A stretch of DNA of 64,000 bases from Ignavibacteriota bacterium (GCA_963702445.1 CAVPCZ010000010.1:105213-169212), one strand, 5' to 3'; positions 37,678 through 46,543 are shown, counted from the first letter of the stretch. Numbers and translations are program-made. Notes: a model not told the origin generated them from the sequence alone.

Positions 37678-38868
37678 TTACCTTTTCCCGGCGGGTTTTC
37701 CGAGGTCACGAAGCAGACCCTTCCGTTCCATCGCGAGGATCGCCTGGTTTCGCTCCACGACGGCAAGCGCCTCCCGGACCGCCTTCCGCGCTCCATGCGG
37801 CCGCATGAGGGTCTGGCGGGTGAGGTGGTCAAACAGGGTGAGCGCAACCATGGCTTCGGCAACGGGGACAATCCGCGGACAGATGCAGGGATCGTGGCGC
37901 CCCTCAACGCTAATGCGCGCCGCCGTCCCGTCGAGAGTGGCGGTTTCCTGCTCCTTCCGGATTGAGGAGGTGGGCTTCACGGCGATGCGGACGATAATGT
38001 CCTCACCGTTGGAGATCCCCCCGGCGATGCCACCCGCATTGTTGGTGCGTGTGCGAAAACGTTTTGTCACCCGGTCATAATAGATCGGATCATTGTTCTC
38101 ACTCCCGCGCAGCCGGGCGGCGGCGAAGCCGTTCCCGACCTCAACACCCTTCACCGCGCCGATGGACATCAGCGCCTTTGCAAGATCCGCCTCCAGTTTG
38201 TCAAACACCGGCTCCCCGAGTCCGACCGGAGGATTGCGCACGATCACCTCGACGATGCCGCCGAGCGAATCCCCTTCCGCCTTGGCGCGCAGGACGGCGC
38301 GTTCCATGCGCCGGGCGGCAAGGGGGTCCGCACACCGGAGCACGTTCTGCTCGATGCAGCCCGGATCGAATGTCTTCGCCCTGATTCCACCCACCTCGAT
38401 CGTCGACGCAACGATCACGGTCTTGTGCGCCGCCAGAAACTCGCGTGCAAGCGCCCCGGCGGCGACCCGCGCCGCGGTCTCCCTTCCCGACGCCCTGCCG
38501 CCCCCGCGGTAATCGGAGACGCCGTATTTGGCAAGATAGGTGTACCCCGCATGCCCCGGGCGAAAGAGATCTTTCAGGCCGGCATAGGCCCCCGGACGCT
38601 GGTCGGTGTTGCGGATGAGCAGACAGAGAGGAGTTCCGGTGGTCTTGCCCTCAAAGACACCGCTCAGGATTTCCGCACGGTCTGCCTCGGCACGGGGCGT
38701 GGTCACGGCGCTCTGCCCGGGACGCCTTCTGTCGAGCTGCTTCTGAATGGGTTCGAGGCTGAATGGTAATCCCGGCCTGACGCCGTCGATCACCACGCCG
38801 ATAGCGGGACCATGACTCTCCCCGAATGTCGTGATGCGAAAACGGGTGCCGAATGTGTTGCCGGCCAT
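37678..38868 (-). CDS. aroC: chorismate synthase
   Basis: Trimmed to ATG 38868 (MAGNTFGTRFRITTFGESHGPAIGVVIDG). About 30 aa longer at the C-terminus than E. coli AroC as I recall it. Confidence 0.9.
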   Translation of the reverse strand: MAGNTFGTRFRITTFGESHGPAIGVVIDGVRPGLPFSLEPIQKQLDRRRPGQSAVTTPRAEADRAEILSGVFEGKTTGTPLCLLIRNTDQRPGAYAGLKDLFRPGHAGYTYLAKYGVSDYRGGGRASGRETAARVAAGALAREFLAAHKTVIVASTIEVGGIRAKTFDPGCIEQNVLRCADPLAARRMERAVLRAKAEGDSLGGIVEVIVRNPPVGLGEPVFDKLEADLAKALMSIGAVKGVEVGNGFAAARLRGSENNDPIYYDRVTKRFRTRTNNAGGIAGGISNGEDIIVRIAVKPTSSIRKEQETATLDGTAARISVEGRHDPCICPRIVPVAEAMVALTLFDHLTRQTLMRPHGARKAVREALAVVERNQAILAMERKGLLRDLGKPAGKR

Positions 38869-38914
38869 ATGAAAGGATCCTGTGTCTGTGGTCGTGGGGA
38901 AACGTCTGTGAGGT

Positions 38915-40198
38915 TCAGGCCCCGGCATTCAGGGGAGTGCGGGTGAGGGAACCGAGCTGCACCCAGAACTGCGGAAAGGATTTCCGCACGCAGTCCGGAT
39001 CCGCGATGACGACACCGGGCACGCGCAGGCCGACAAGCGCACACGCCATCGCCATCCGGTGGTCACCGTGCGGGTCAATGGTTGCCCCGTGCAGAGCGGA
39101 CGGCACGATGCCGAGGCCGTCGTCATACTCCGTAACGGTCCCGCCGAATTTGCGGAGCTCCGCCGCCAGCACACCGAGCCGGTCGGATTCCTTGTGGCGC
39201 AGGTGCGCCACATTCCTGATGCGCGTCGGGCCGTCCGCGAACAAGGCCACCGCCGCCAGCGTGGGCACCACATCCGGCATCCGGTTCATATCCACGGTGA
39301 TCCCCTTCAAGGGCCCCGTGCGTGTGAGAGCCAGCCCGCCGGCCGTCCGGGACGACACGCATCCCATGTCCTCGAGCAGGCCGACAAACCCGATATCCCC
39401 CTGCAACGAGTCCTTCCGCACATGCCGGGCCGTCACCGTCCCCCCGGCGATCGCCGCCGCGCCAAACGCATACGACGCACCGGAGGCATCGGCCTCCACC
39501 TCGAATTCGGAAGACGTGTACCGCTGTCCGGATCGTATGTGGTAGTGGCGATCCCTCATCTCCGGCACCACGCCAAACTGCCGCATGACGGCGATGGTCA
39601 TGGCAACATAGGGAGCGGAGGTGAGGCTTCCTTCAACCGTGACAAGAACGTCGGTGGCTGCGTACGGCGCGCACAGAAGCAGAGAAGAGAGAAACTGAGA
39701 GCTCTTGTCCGCGAGCACACGCGCGGTCCCACCCCGGAGAATTCCGCCGTGGACGACGTACGTGGGAATCCCGCTGCGGAACTCCACCAGCACACCCAGA
39801 TCGCCGAGCGCGGCAATCAGATCCTCATTGTGACGTTCGGCCATGCGCGGGGCGGCTTCGAACACCACCCGGCCGGGCGCGAGCGCCGCAAGCGAGAGGA
39901 GGAACCGGAGCGTCGTGCCGGCATTGCCGACAGGTATGGGAACTTTCGGAATCGAAAGCCTGCCGCCGCCCCCCTCCACTTCAAGCCCGCGTCCCGTCAT
40001 GCCGGCAAGAACCCCCATCTGGTCCAGCGCATTCCGCATCAACACGGTATCTTCGCTGTCGGAGGGATTGGCCAGAACGGATCTCCCCTGCGCAAGGGCG
40101 GCACAGACCAGCGCACGGTTGGTCAGGCTCTTGGAACCGGGTATGACCATGGCCCCTTCCAGAGGCCCGCCCGGAGTGATGGCCAGAGGCGTGTTCAT
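38915..40198 (-). CDS. aroA: 3-phosphoshikimate 1-carboxyvinyltransferase (EPSP synthase)
   Basis: Track ORF (597 aa) trimmed to ATG 40198 (MNTPLAITPGGPLEGAMVIPGSKSLTNRAL), which overlaps the upstream stop (ATGA). Confidence 0.9.
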   Translation of the reverse strand: MNTPLAITPGGPLEGAMVIPGSKSLTNRALVCAALAQGRSVLANPSDSEDTVLMRNALDQMGVLAGMTGRGLEVEGGGGRLSIPKVPIPVGNAGTTLRFLLSLAALAPGRVVFEAAPRMAERHNEDLIAALGDLGVLVEFRSGIPTYVVHGGILRGGTARVLADKSSQFLSSLLLCAPYAATDVLVTVEGSLTSAPYVAMTIAVMRQFGVVPEMRDRHYHIRSGQRYTSSEFEVEADASGASYAFGAAAIAGGTVTARHVRKDSLQGDIGFVGLLEDMGCVSSRTAGGLALTRTGPLKGITVDMNRMPDVVPTLAAVALFADGPTRIRNVAHLRHKESDRLGVLAAELRKFGGTVTEYDDGLGIVPSALHGATIDPHGDHRMAMACALVGLRVPGVVIADPDCVRKSFPQFWVQLGSLTRTPLNAGA

Positions 40199-41649
40199 GT
40201 GGCCCTCAACAAAAGCCTGCGCAGGAGATCTTCTCCCGGCTTCTTCCCGGTGAACAGGGCGATTTGTCCCACCCCCTGTTTGATGAACATCTCCATACCC
40301 GATACAGGGGAAGCGCCGGCCGATTTCGCCTCGCGGAGCAATCTCGTTACCGGAGGATTGTAGATCGCATCGAACACGACTTCCGTCCCCGGGGGTATCC
40401 GCCCGACCGGCATCTCGCCGGTCCGGGGCCACATCCCCACGGGCGTGGTGTTCACCAGTATACTCCAGCGGCCCGCCGCTCTCTGGTTCCACCGGATCCC
40501 GGCGGCACCTGTGGCGCGCACCAGCGCCGCCACCCGGTTCGGTCTCCTTCCCGCAACGGTCACCGACGCGCCGCGCCGCCGCGCCTCGACGGCAATCGCC
40601 CGGGCGGAACCGCCCGTTCCGAGTATCAGCATGGATCGCCCGGCAACAGATCCGCACTCCCCAATGGCATCCAGCGCAGCTCCTGCGTCCGTGTTCGCCC
40701 CGAGCCACCCGCGCCGCCGGCGGACGATCGTGTTCACCGCGCCGATGGCACCCACCGAAGGCTGCGCGGAGGAAAGAAACTGCATCATCGCCCGCTTGTG
40801 AGGAATGGTCACACTGCAGCCGCTCAAGACCGGACCGACCGTGCGCATGAAAAGGCGCAGGTTGGCGACGGGAAACCGGACGTACACGGCGTCAACCCGT
40901 TGCGCGCGGTAGACCGGATTATGAATGTACACCCCCAGGCTGTGCGCCACCGGTAACCCCACCAGGGCGAACACCTTCGTCCGCCTGGTGCGGAGATGCG
41001 CCCGGAACACCTTCTTCATGATGCTCGCGGGAAGCTGACCCGGAGCGGATCCCTTTCCGTCCTCCGTTCCGGCGTATGTGGCCCAGCCGCCGAATCGCCG
41101 GTAGAGAATGCGGCTCGCCTCTCCGGCCTCCCCCATCGCGACGGCAATCGCCTTCTGCCGGTCGGCCTTTGCCCGCGCCAGGAATTCCATCGCGGGGCCG
41201 AGCTGCCACGCATCGGATGCTTCGAACGCGAGTTTGACCACGTCCGCGCCGGTCGCCCGCAAACGGGCATAGTCGCGTACGACATGCGGCCGCTTTCCGC
41301 CGAAAAAGTGTTTCGACACAATCAACCGGGGCCGGGCATTGGCGTCCTGCAGCATCCTGCTGAACATTTCGTGCGCATCAAGTTCGATATCCACATACGC
41401 CGCCCCGGCATCCACGGAGTCCAGAAGCCTGCCCATGCGCCGTGATTCGGATCCGCGGAACCGCCCCCCCTCCCGCACCGGCCTGCAGGTGGCAATCACC
41501 GGTTTGCGCGCCGCACGAATGAGGGAACCGGTGTTGATATCCTTGAGAAGGTCCAGACGGATTTCGAATATGTCGGCGAAGGGCCGCGAGGCACGCATCT
41601 GTTCCAGCGCCTCGGACATCCCCGGACCGGTGATCGCGACGACAATCAT
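40195..41649 (-). CDS. aroDE: bifunctional type I 3-dehydroquinate dehydratase / shikimate 5-dehydrogenase
   Basis: The N-terminal half is DHQase-I-like (FEIRLDLL...). The C-terminal half is AroE-like (LILGTGGSARAIA, NTTPVGM). ATGA overlap with aroB. Confidence 0.85.
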   Translation of the reverse strand: MIVVAITGPGMSEALEQMRASRPFADIFEIRLDLLKDINTGSLIRAARKPVIATCRPVREGGRFRGSESRRMGRLLDSVDAGAAYVDIELDAHEMFSRMLQDANARPRLIVSKHFFGGKRPHVVRDYARLRATGADVVKLAFEASDAWQLGPAMEFLARAKADRQKAIAVAMGEAGEASRILYRRFGGWATYAGTEDGKGSAPGQLPASIMKKVFRAHLRTRRTKVFALVGLPVAHSLGVYIHNPVYRAQRVDAVYVRFPVANLRLFMRTVGPVLSGCSVTIPHKRAMMQFLSSAQPSVGAIGAVNTIVRRRRGWLGANTDAGAALDAIGECGSVAGRSMLILGTGGSARAIAVEARRRGASVTVAGRRPNRVAALVRATGAAGIRWNQRAAGRWSILVNTTPVGMWPRTGEMPVGRIPPGTEVVFDAIYNPPVTRLLREAKSAGASPVSGMEMFIKQGVGQIALFTGKKPGEDLLRRLLLRAT

Positions 41650-42732
41650 ATGATGCCGGCCCGGATCAGGTCCGCCGGAAGGGTCACGCCGATAGCCGAT
41701 TTCCCGATCTTCCTCGGCAACACGAACACCGGCATGGCACTCAGGTTCTTCTTGTCTGCGGCCAGCGCGGCAAGAACCGCCTTCCGGTCGATAAACCGCG
41801 GCAGGCGCGTCGGCAATCCGAACGCTTCGAGCAGGCGGAGCAAACGGAGGTGATCATTGACGGACAACACCCCGCACGTCACCGCCAGCCGCCCTTCGAG
41901 TATCAGGCCGATCGAAACGGCCTCGCCATGACGCAAACGGTATCCCGAGGCGGATTCAACGGCATGACCGATGGTGTGTCCCAGGTTGAGGGCTTTGCGG
42001 AGTCCCGCTTCCCTCTCATCACGCTCCACGACCGCGGCTTTCAGCCCGACCGCCGTACGGATGATCCGTGCGAGCAACAGCGTGTCGGTCCGCGTGAGAG
42101 CCGGAGCGGAACGCTCCAGGAAGCGGAAGAATTTCGCGTCAAGAGCCGCGGCAATTTTGACCACTTCGGCGAGACCGTTCCGGAATTCCGCCGGGGGAAG
42201 CGTACGGAGCACCTCCGGATCGATGACCACCAGGGACGGCTGGTGAAAGGCACCTATCAGATTCTTCCCCATGGCGTGATCGATGCCGGTCTTTCCCCCG
42301 ACACTGCTGTCCACCTGAGCCAGCAGGCTGGTCGGCACCTGGATGTATTCCACCCCCCGCAGCACGGTGGCAGACACAAAACCGGCAAGATCCCCCACCA
42401 CCCCGCCCCCGAGGGCGACAATGACGCTGTTGCGTCGAATACCGCTCCGCAACAATACCCCGGTTAGCGCATGGTAGCAATCGACCGACTTCGAGCGTTC
42501 CCCGGCAGGGACATCCACAAGAACCGCCCTCCAGCCGGCCGACACCAGGAGATCATGCAGCTTGCGACCGTAGAGCCGTCCCACGTTCGTGTCGGTTACC
42601 AGAAAGAGAGTGGCCCCGCGATGCCGCTGTGCGAGCATCCCGGGTAAGCGGTGCAAGTGCGCCCGGACGAATCACCACCTCGTAGGAGCGATCGGCCCGG
42701 ACAGGCAGGCGAACATGAATACGTGCATTCAT
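41646..42732 (-). pseudogene. aroB: 3-dehydroquinate synthase, reading frame broken once (42640-42671)
   Basis: The N-terminus MNARIHVRLPVRADRSYEVVIRPGAL (frame of ORF 42553..42882) continues as RLPGMLAQRHRGATLFLVTDTNVGRLY...GGGVVGDLAGF...DSSVGGKTG in ORF 41646..42656. The span is 1087 nt (3n+1). Confidence 0.8.
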
Positions 42733-42738
42733 GCTACA

Positions 42739-42767
42739 AGAGTACGCGATGAAGAAGTGAAAGTCAA
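42739..42767 (-). promoter_or_regulatory. sigma70-type promoter of the aro operon, predicting a leaderless aroB mRNA
   Basis: Minus strand reads TTGACT (42767..42762), a 17-nt spacer, then TACTCT (42744..42739). Only 6 nt separate the -10 from ATG 42732, and there is no SD. Confidence 0.45.
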
Positions 42768-42788
42768 TACGTGGCGGGGGAAAGGGCG

Positions 42789-42817
42789 TTGGAAGTGAAT
42801 CTTCAGTTTCGTATCTT
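42789..42817 (+). promoter_or_regulatory. sigma70-type promoter of ubiE-mqnA
   Basis: TTGGAA (42789..42794), a 17-nt spacer, then TATCTT (42812..42817). GTG 42822 follows 4 nt later. Confidence 0.4.
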
Positions 42818-42869
42818 TTTTGTGAACCGGAGCATTTCTTCCTTTTCCCAGCTGACAGAGCACTGAACC

Positions 42870-43560
42870 CTGGACAAGCCATACGTACGCACGCTCTTCG
42901 ACGCCATTGCCTGCCGGTACGACCTGCTGAACCACCTGCTCAGCGGAGGGGTGGACTTCTACTGGCGGCGCGCCGCCATTGAACGTCTGCGGGACCTCCG
43001 CCCGGAACGGCTTCTTGATGTGGCAACGGGAACCGGTGATTTTGCCATCGCGGCGATGCGCCTCCACCCGCGGGAAGTCATCGGAGTGGATATCGCCCCG
43101 AAGATGCTTGCCCTGGGCAGGAAGAAAGATCACCCGGCGCAGGCTGGCCGGGGTGATTTCCCTGAGAGACGGTGAGGCGGAACAGCTCCCGTTCGGCGAA
43201 CAGGAATTCGATGCCGCGATCGTGGCTTTTGGCGCAAGGAATTTCGAGAACCTCCGCCTCGGCCTCCGGGAAATGTTCCGGGTGTTGCGGCCGGGAGGAC
43301 GGATTGTGGTTCTCGAGTTCTCCCGCCCGCGGAGGTTCCCCTTCCGGCAGCTGTATCTCTTCTATTTCAAACGGATACTGCCGGTGGTGGGGCGCCTGAT
43401 TTCAAAAAACACGGAGGCCTACACCTACCTTCCCGACACGGTGATGCGTTTCCCGGAGGGTGAGGAGTTCCTGGCCATACTGTCGGATTCCGGCTTCACG
43501 GCACTTCACGAACAACGGCTGACGTTCGGCATCGCCACAATCTATACGGGAGACAAATGA
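42870..43560 (+). pseudogene. ubiE: demethylmenaquinone/ubiquinone C-methyltransferase, frame broken at ~43128 and without a canonical start
   Basis: Frame A reads LDKPYVRTLFDAIACRYDLLNHLLSGGVDFYWRR...LDVATGTGD...MLALGRKK. It continues in frame +1 as ITRRRLAGVISLRDGEAEQLPF...VAFGARNFENL...YLPDTV...TFGIATIYTG. The extra base lies in AAGAAAGATC. The only in-frame start after TGA 42864 is CTG 42870. Confidence 0.8.
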
Positions 43561-44402
43561 CATCCCAGAACGAGAGAATCATCCGCGTCGGACACAGTCC
43601 GGATCCCGACGATGCATTCATGTTCTATGGACTTGCCAGCGGGAAGGTGAAACTGGAAGGAATCGTCATCGAGCACCTGCTCGAAGACATCCAGTCACTC
43701 AATGAACGCGCTCAACGCGCGGAGCTGGAAGTGACGGCGATTTCGGCACATGCCTTCCCGGCGGTGTCCGACAATTACTGGATCATGCGAACCGGAGCCA
43801 GCATGGGCGAGGGGTACGGCCCGGTGATCATCTCGCGAAAGTATCGTTCGCTCGACGAGCTTCGCGGAAAAGTCGTCGGCACACCCGGCCCGCTGACCAC
43901 CGCAACGCTCCTCTTCCGCACATTCACCGAGGGGATACGCCACATCGATATGCCCTTTGATGCCATCATGGGAGCGGTCGACCGCGGGGAAGTTGATGCG
44001 GGACTCCTGATTCATGAAGGGCAGATCACCTACCACACCCTGGGATACAACAAGATCCTGGATTTCGGAGAGTTCTGGGAGAAGGAGTCCGGAGGACTTC
44101 CCCTTCCGCTGGGACTGGACGTGGTGCGGAAAGACCTGGGCATGGATCTGGCGGTGCGATTGTCCCTCGGGTTGAAAGAGAGCATCGCCTACGGCTATGC
44201 GCATCAGGACGAAGCCATCCCCTACGCGATGCGCTGGGGGCGCGGAATCGATTACAGGCTGGGCGAGAAATTCGTGAAGATGTACGTCAGCCGGCTGACG
44301 ATCGACATGGGCGAAGAAGGGCTGCGGGGTCTGGAGATGCTCTTTGCGAAAGCCCATGCAAAGGGGGTTGTGCCGGAGATCCCGGAAATCCGGCTGGTGT
44401 GA
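43557..44402 (+). CDS. MqnA/MqnD-family (periplasmic-binding-fold) menaquinone/futalosine-pathway protein
   Basis: 281 aa. RVGHSPDPDDAFMFYGL and the neighbourhood with ubiE. ATGA overlap with the ubiE stop. Confidence 0.6.
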   Translation: MTSQNERIIRVGHSPDPDDAFMFYGLASGKVKLEGIVIEHLLEDIQSLNERAQRAELEVTAISAHAFPAVSDNYWIMRTGASMGEGYGPVIISRKYRSLDELRGKVVGTPGPLTTATLLFRTFTEGIRHIDMPFDAIMGAVDRGEVDAGLLIHEGQITYHTLGYNKILDFGEFWEKESGGLPLPLGLDVVRKDLGMDLAVRLSLGLKESIAYGYAHQDEAIPYAMRWGRGIDYRLGEKFVKMYVSRLTIDMGEEGLRGLEMLFAKAHAKGVVPEIPEIRLV

Positions 44403-44574
44403 CAGATGCGCGCCCCCGGCCGGATTCTCGAGCAGACGCGGTTCTTGATTCTCCCGGGACTGATTTGCTATCGTAGAGACCGCGGTTAGCCCGTAGCTGT
44501 GGAACCGAAACGGAAACGCCCTCCGATTCGAGCAACCGGTGTTGTGCACGGCTATTGAGAACGAACGAAACTGT

Positions 44575-46353
44575 ATGAAATGGTTCTGACTGCATCGCTC
44601 TCGCCGACCTGTTCGCAGGGCGTCCGGAGGTGCAATGATTGGCACGCGCCTGACAGAAGCTTTGCGCACGACCTCTTCCGGCCAGCGGCACCTGATCTGG
44701 GTACTACCTGAAAGACAAGGGAACGGATCTGCTCCGCAAAACGGCCGCACCTTCCCTACTGGTCTCCGAACGCTCCCTGCAACGCCGCAAAAACGTCCTG
44801 CCGCCGGAAAACCTGGTGGACGAAACGGATGTGCCGGTCGACGCGGGATACATTCAGCGACATCGCCGCAACAGGCGCAGAGATCCAACACCGGTCCAGA
44901 TGGCTCAACGCCGCCAGTGTGCTGGCCACACCCGAGCAGATCGCACGCATTGCGGCCCTTCCGTTTGTCCGCGAAGTGGAACTCACCGGCCGGTTCCGCA
45001 AACGGGACACGGAGCCGGTGCCGGAAGAGATCTCCCTGCCCGCGGAGACGCTCCCGAAAAGCAATTCCACACATGCACTTGACTACGGCGCTTCGTTTAA
45101 CCAGGTGAACCAGATCAAGGTTCCCCCTCTTCACGATGCAGGCAACGCGGCGCAGGGAGTTCTCGTGGGTGTGTTTGATGACGGCTTCCGTTTGCCGAAT
45201 CACGAAGCGTTCGCGACCATGAACATCCTGGCAACGTACGATTTCGTCGACAACAAGGTGAGCGTGGTTCCTGCCAACTCGGAGTCCAATTTCAGGAGAC
45301 CACGGCGTCAATACGCTCTCCACGATTGGCGGATACAAACCGGGCGTCCTGATCGGGCCGGCATACGGAGCGACATACATTCTTGCCCGGACGGAGGACA
45401 CGCGCAGTGAAACACCTCTTGAAGAGGACAAATGGGTGGCCGCGATCGAATGGGCGGATAGTATCGGCGTCCAGGTCACCAGCACCTCGCTCGGCTACCT
45501 CGACTATAATCCCCCGTACACCAGCTGGACCTGGCTCGACATGAACGGTCGCACAACAGTCATCACACGCGTTGCGGCGATGGCCGTTCGCAAAGGGATC
45601 GTTGTGGTGAACTCGGCGGGAAACGAGGGTTTCAACAGCCTGCACAACACGTTGAACGCCCCGGCCGATGGGGACAGCGTGGTTGCCGCCGGTGCCGTGG
45701 ACCCCTCTGGCAACCGCGCGTCGTTCAGTTCCGTCGGACCGACCACGGCAAACCCTCCGCGAATCAAACCCGACGTGATGGCACAGGGGGTGTCGGTACT
45801 GACGGCCAGTGCATATACCACGACGGGGTACGGCCTGTCGCAGGGAACATCCTTCGCCTGCCCGCTCACGGCGGGTGTGGCCGCACTGCTTGTCAAAGCC
45901 AACCCCACCGCACCGCCGATGAGGATTGTCGAGGCCATGAAACTGACGGCAAGTAATGCGGCCGCGCCGGACAATTTGATCGGCTGGGGAATCCTGAACG
46001 CCGGTGCGGCCCTTCACTATCTCAACCCTACCGACACGAACGGGTTTGGCCCCCAGCCAATGTCGTATTCGCTTTCACAGAACTACCCCAACCCCTTTAA
46101 TCCGGGAACATCCATCACGTATGTGCTCCCGCAAGCGGCAATGGTGACACTCACCATCTATGACCTCCTCGGCCGCACGGTGCGTGTGCTCGTGGACGGA
46201 CAGCAACCCGGCGGACGGCGCTGGGCGGAGTGGGACGGTAGGGATACCCGCGGATTGCCGGTGGCCTCCGGTGCGTACATCTACCGGATGGCCGCGACGG
46301 GTACTGACGGAGCACAGACGGTCCTGACGAATCGTATGATGCTTCTCAGGTAG
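44575..46353 (+). pseudogene. S8 (subtilisin-family) peptidase with T9SS C-terminal sorting domain, at least 3 frameshifts, N-terminus unresolved
   Basis: The conserved text runs frame 1 (..GQRHLIWV), then frame 2 (YLKDKGTDLLRKTAAPSLLVSERSLQRRKN..VDAGYIQ). It continues in frame 0 (DIAATGAEIQHRSRWLNAASV...VGVFDDGF...) and returns to frame 1 (GDHGVNTLS...NSAGNEG...GTSFACPLTAG...). The D/H/S triad is present. CTD: QNYPNPFNPGTSITYVLP...IYDLLGRTV...SGAYIYRM. Confidence 0.75.
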
Positions 46354-46412
46354 AACGCTCTCCTCTCCCTCCGGCGACGCGTTTTCCACCAGGCAGTGCA
46401 TATGAAATACAA

Positions 46413-46453
46413 GCAGCAGGCAGGAGGTGGAAACGATCCCTTCTGCCTGCTGC
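46413..46453. terminator. strong hairpin between convergent genes (putative bidirectional terminator)
   Basis: GCAGCAGGCAG (46413..46423) pairs with CTGCCTGCTGC (46443..46453), extendable by about 4 bp. On the minus strand it is followed by TTGTATTTCATAT. Confidence 0.45.
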
Positions 46454-46543
46454 CTGTACAATGCATCCGCCCGCTGCACTCCTTCCGTCTCCCCGCACGA
46501 ACTCTCCAGACACGGCAAGCTGCGTCATCCGGCCGTCGTTTTC

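Noticed and set aside
37678-37810. A ~30-aa C-terminal extension of chorismate synthase (ARKAVREALAVVERNQAILAMERKGLLRDLGK), considered as a fused chorismate-mutase fragment.
   Set aside because: It is far too short for an AroQ domain (about 80-90 aa) and shows only vague helix similarity.
38915-40708. Very long N-terminal extensions in track ORFs. Examples are aroA at 597 aa, scpA at 319 aa, prmC at 399 aa, htrA at 561 aa, aroC at 416 aa and rlmB as 57401..58876.
   Set aside because: The extensions overlap the preceding gene in another frame, have junk composition, and in-frame ATG/GTG codons with SD or ATGA coupling coincide with the conserved protein N-termini.
42864-42866. In-frame TGA codons near the 5' ends of ubiE (42864) and the protease (44587), considered as evidence for TGA recoding or selenocysteine.
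   Set aside because: TGA is used as a genuine stop throughout the window, including many ATGA/GTGA coupled junctions. No SECIS-like hairpin follows either site, and the protease upstream peptide is not signal-peptide-like in any case.
15165-45300. Programmed +1 ribosomal frameshifting as the explanation for the seven same-sign frame breaks.
   Set aside because: The junctions share no slippery motif. No 0-frame stop or rare codon sits at the shift sites; in ubiE the 0-frame stop is 17 codons later and homology switches frame well before it. Three events in one gene is implausible for recoding.
43695-45485. 596-aa minus-strand ORF spanning mqnA, the intergenic gap and the protease gene. Similar long antisense ORFs occur at 11115..12656, 24090..25436, 32908..34521, 36631..37965, 46427..48037, 50989..52191, 54318..55415 and 54718..55809.
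   Set aside because: Each lies antisense to a gene with clear family motifs. Their translations are Arg/His/Gly/Pro-rich without motifs. Long stop-free antisense frames are expected in GC-rich DNA.
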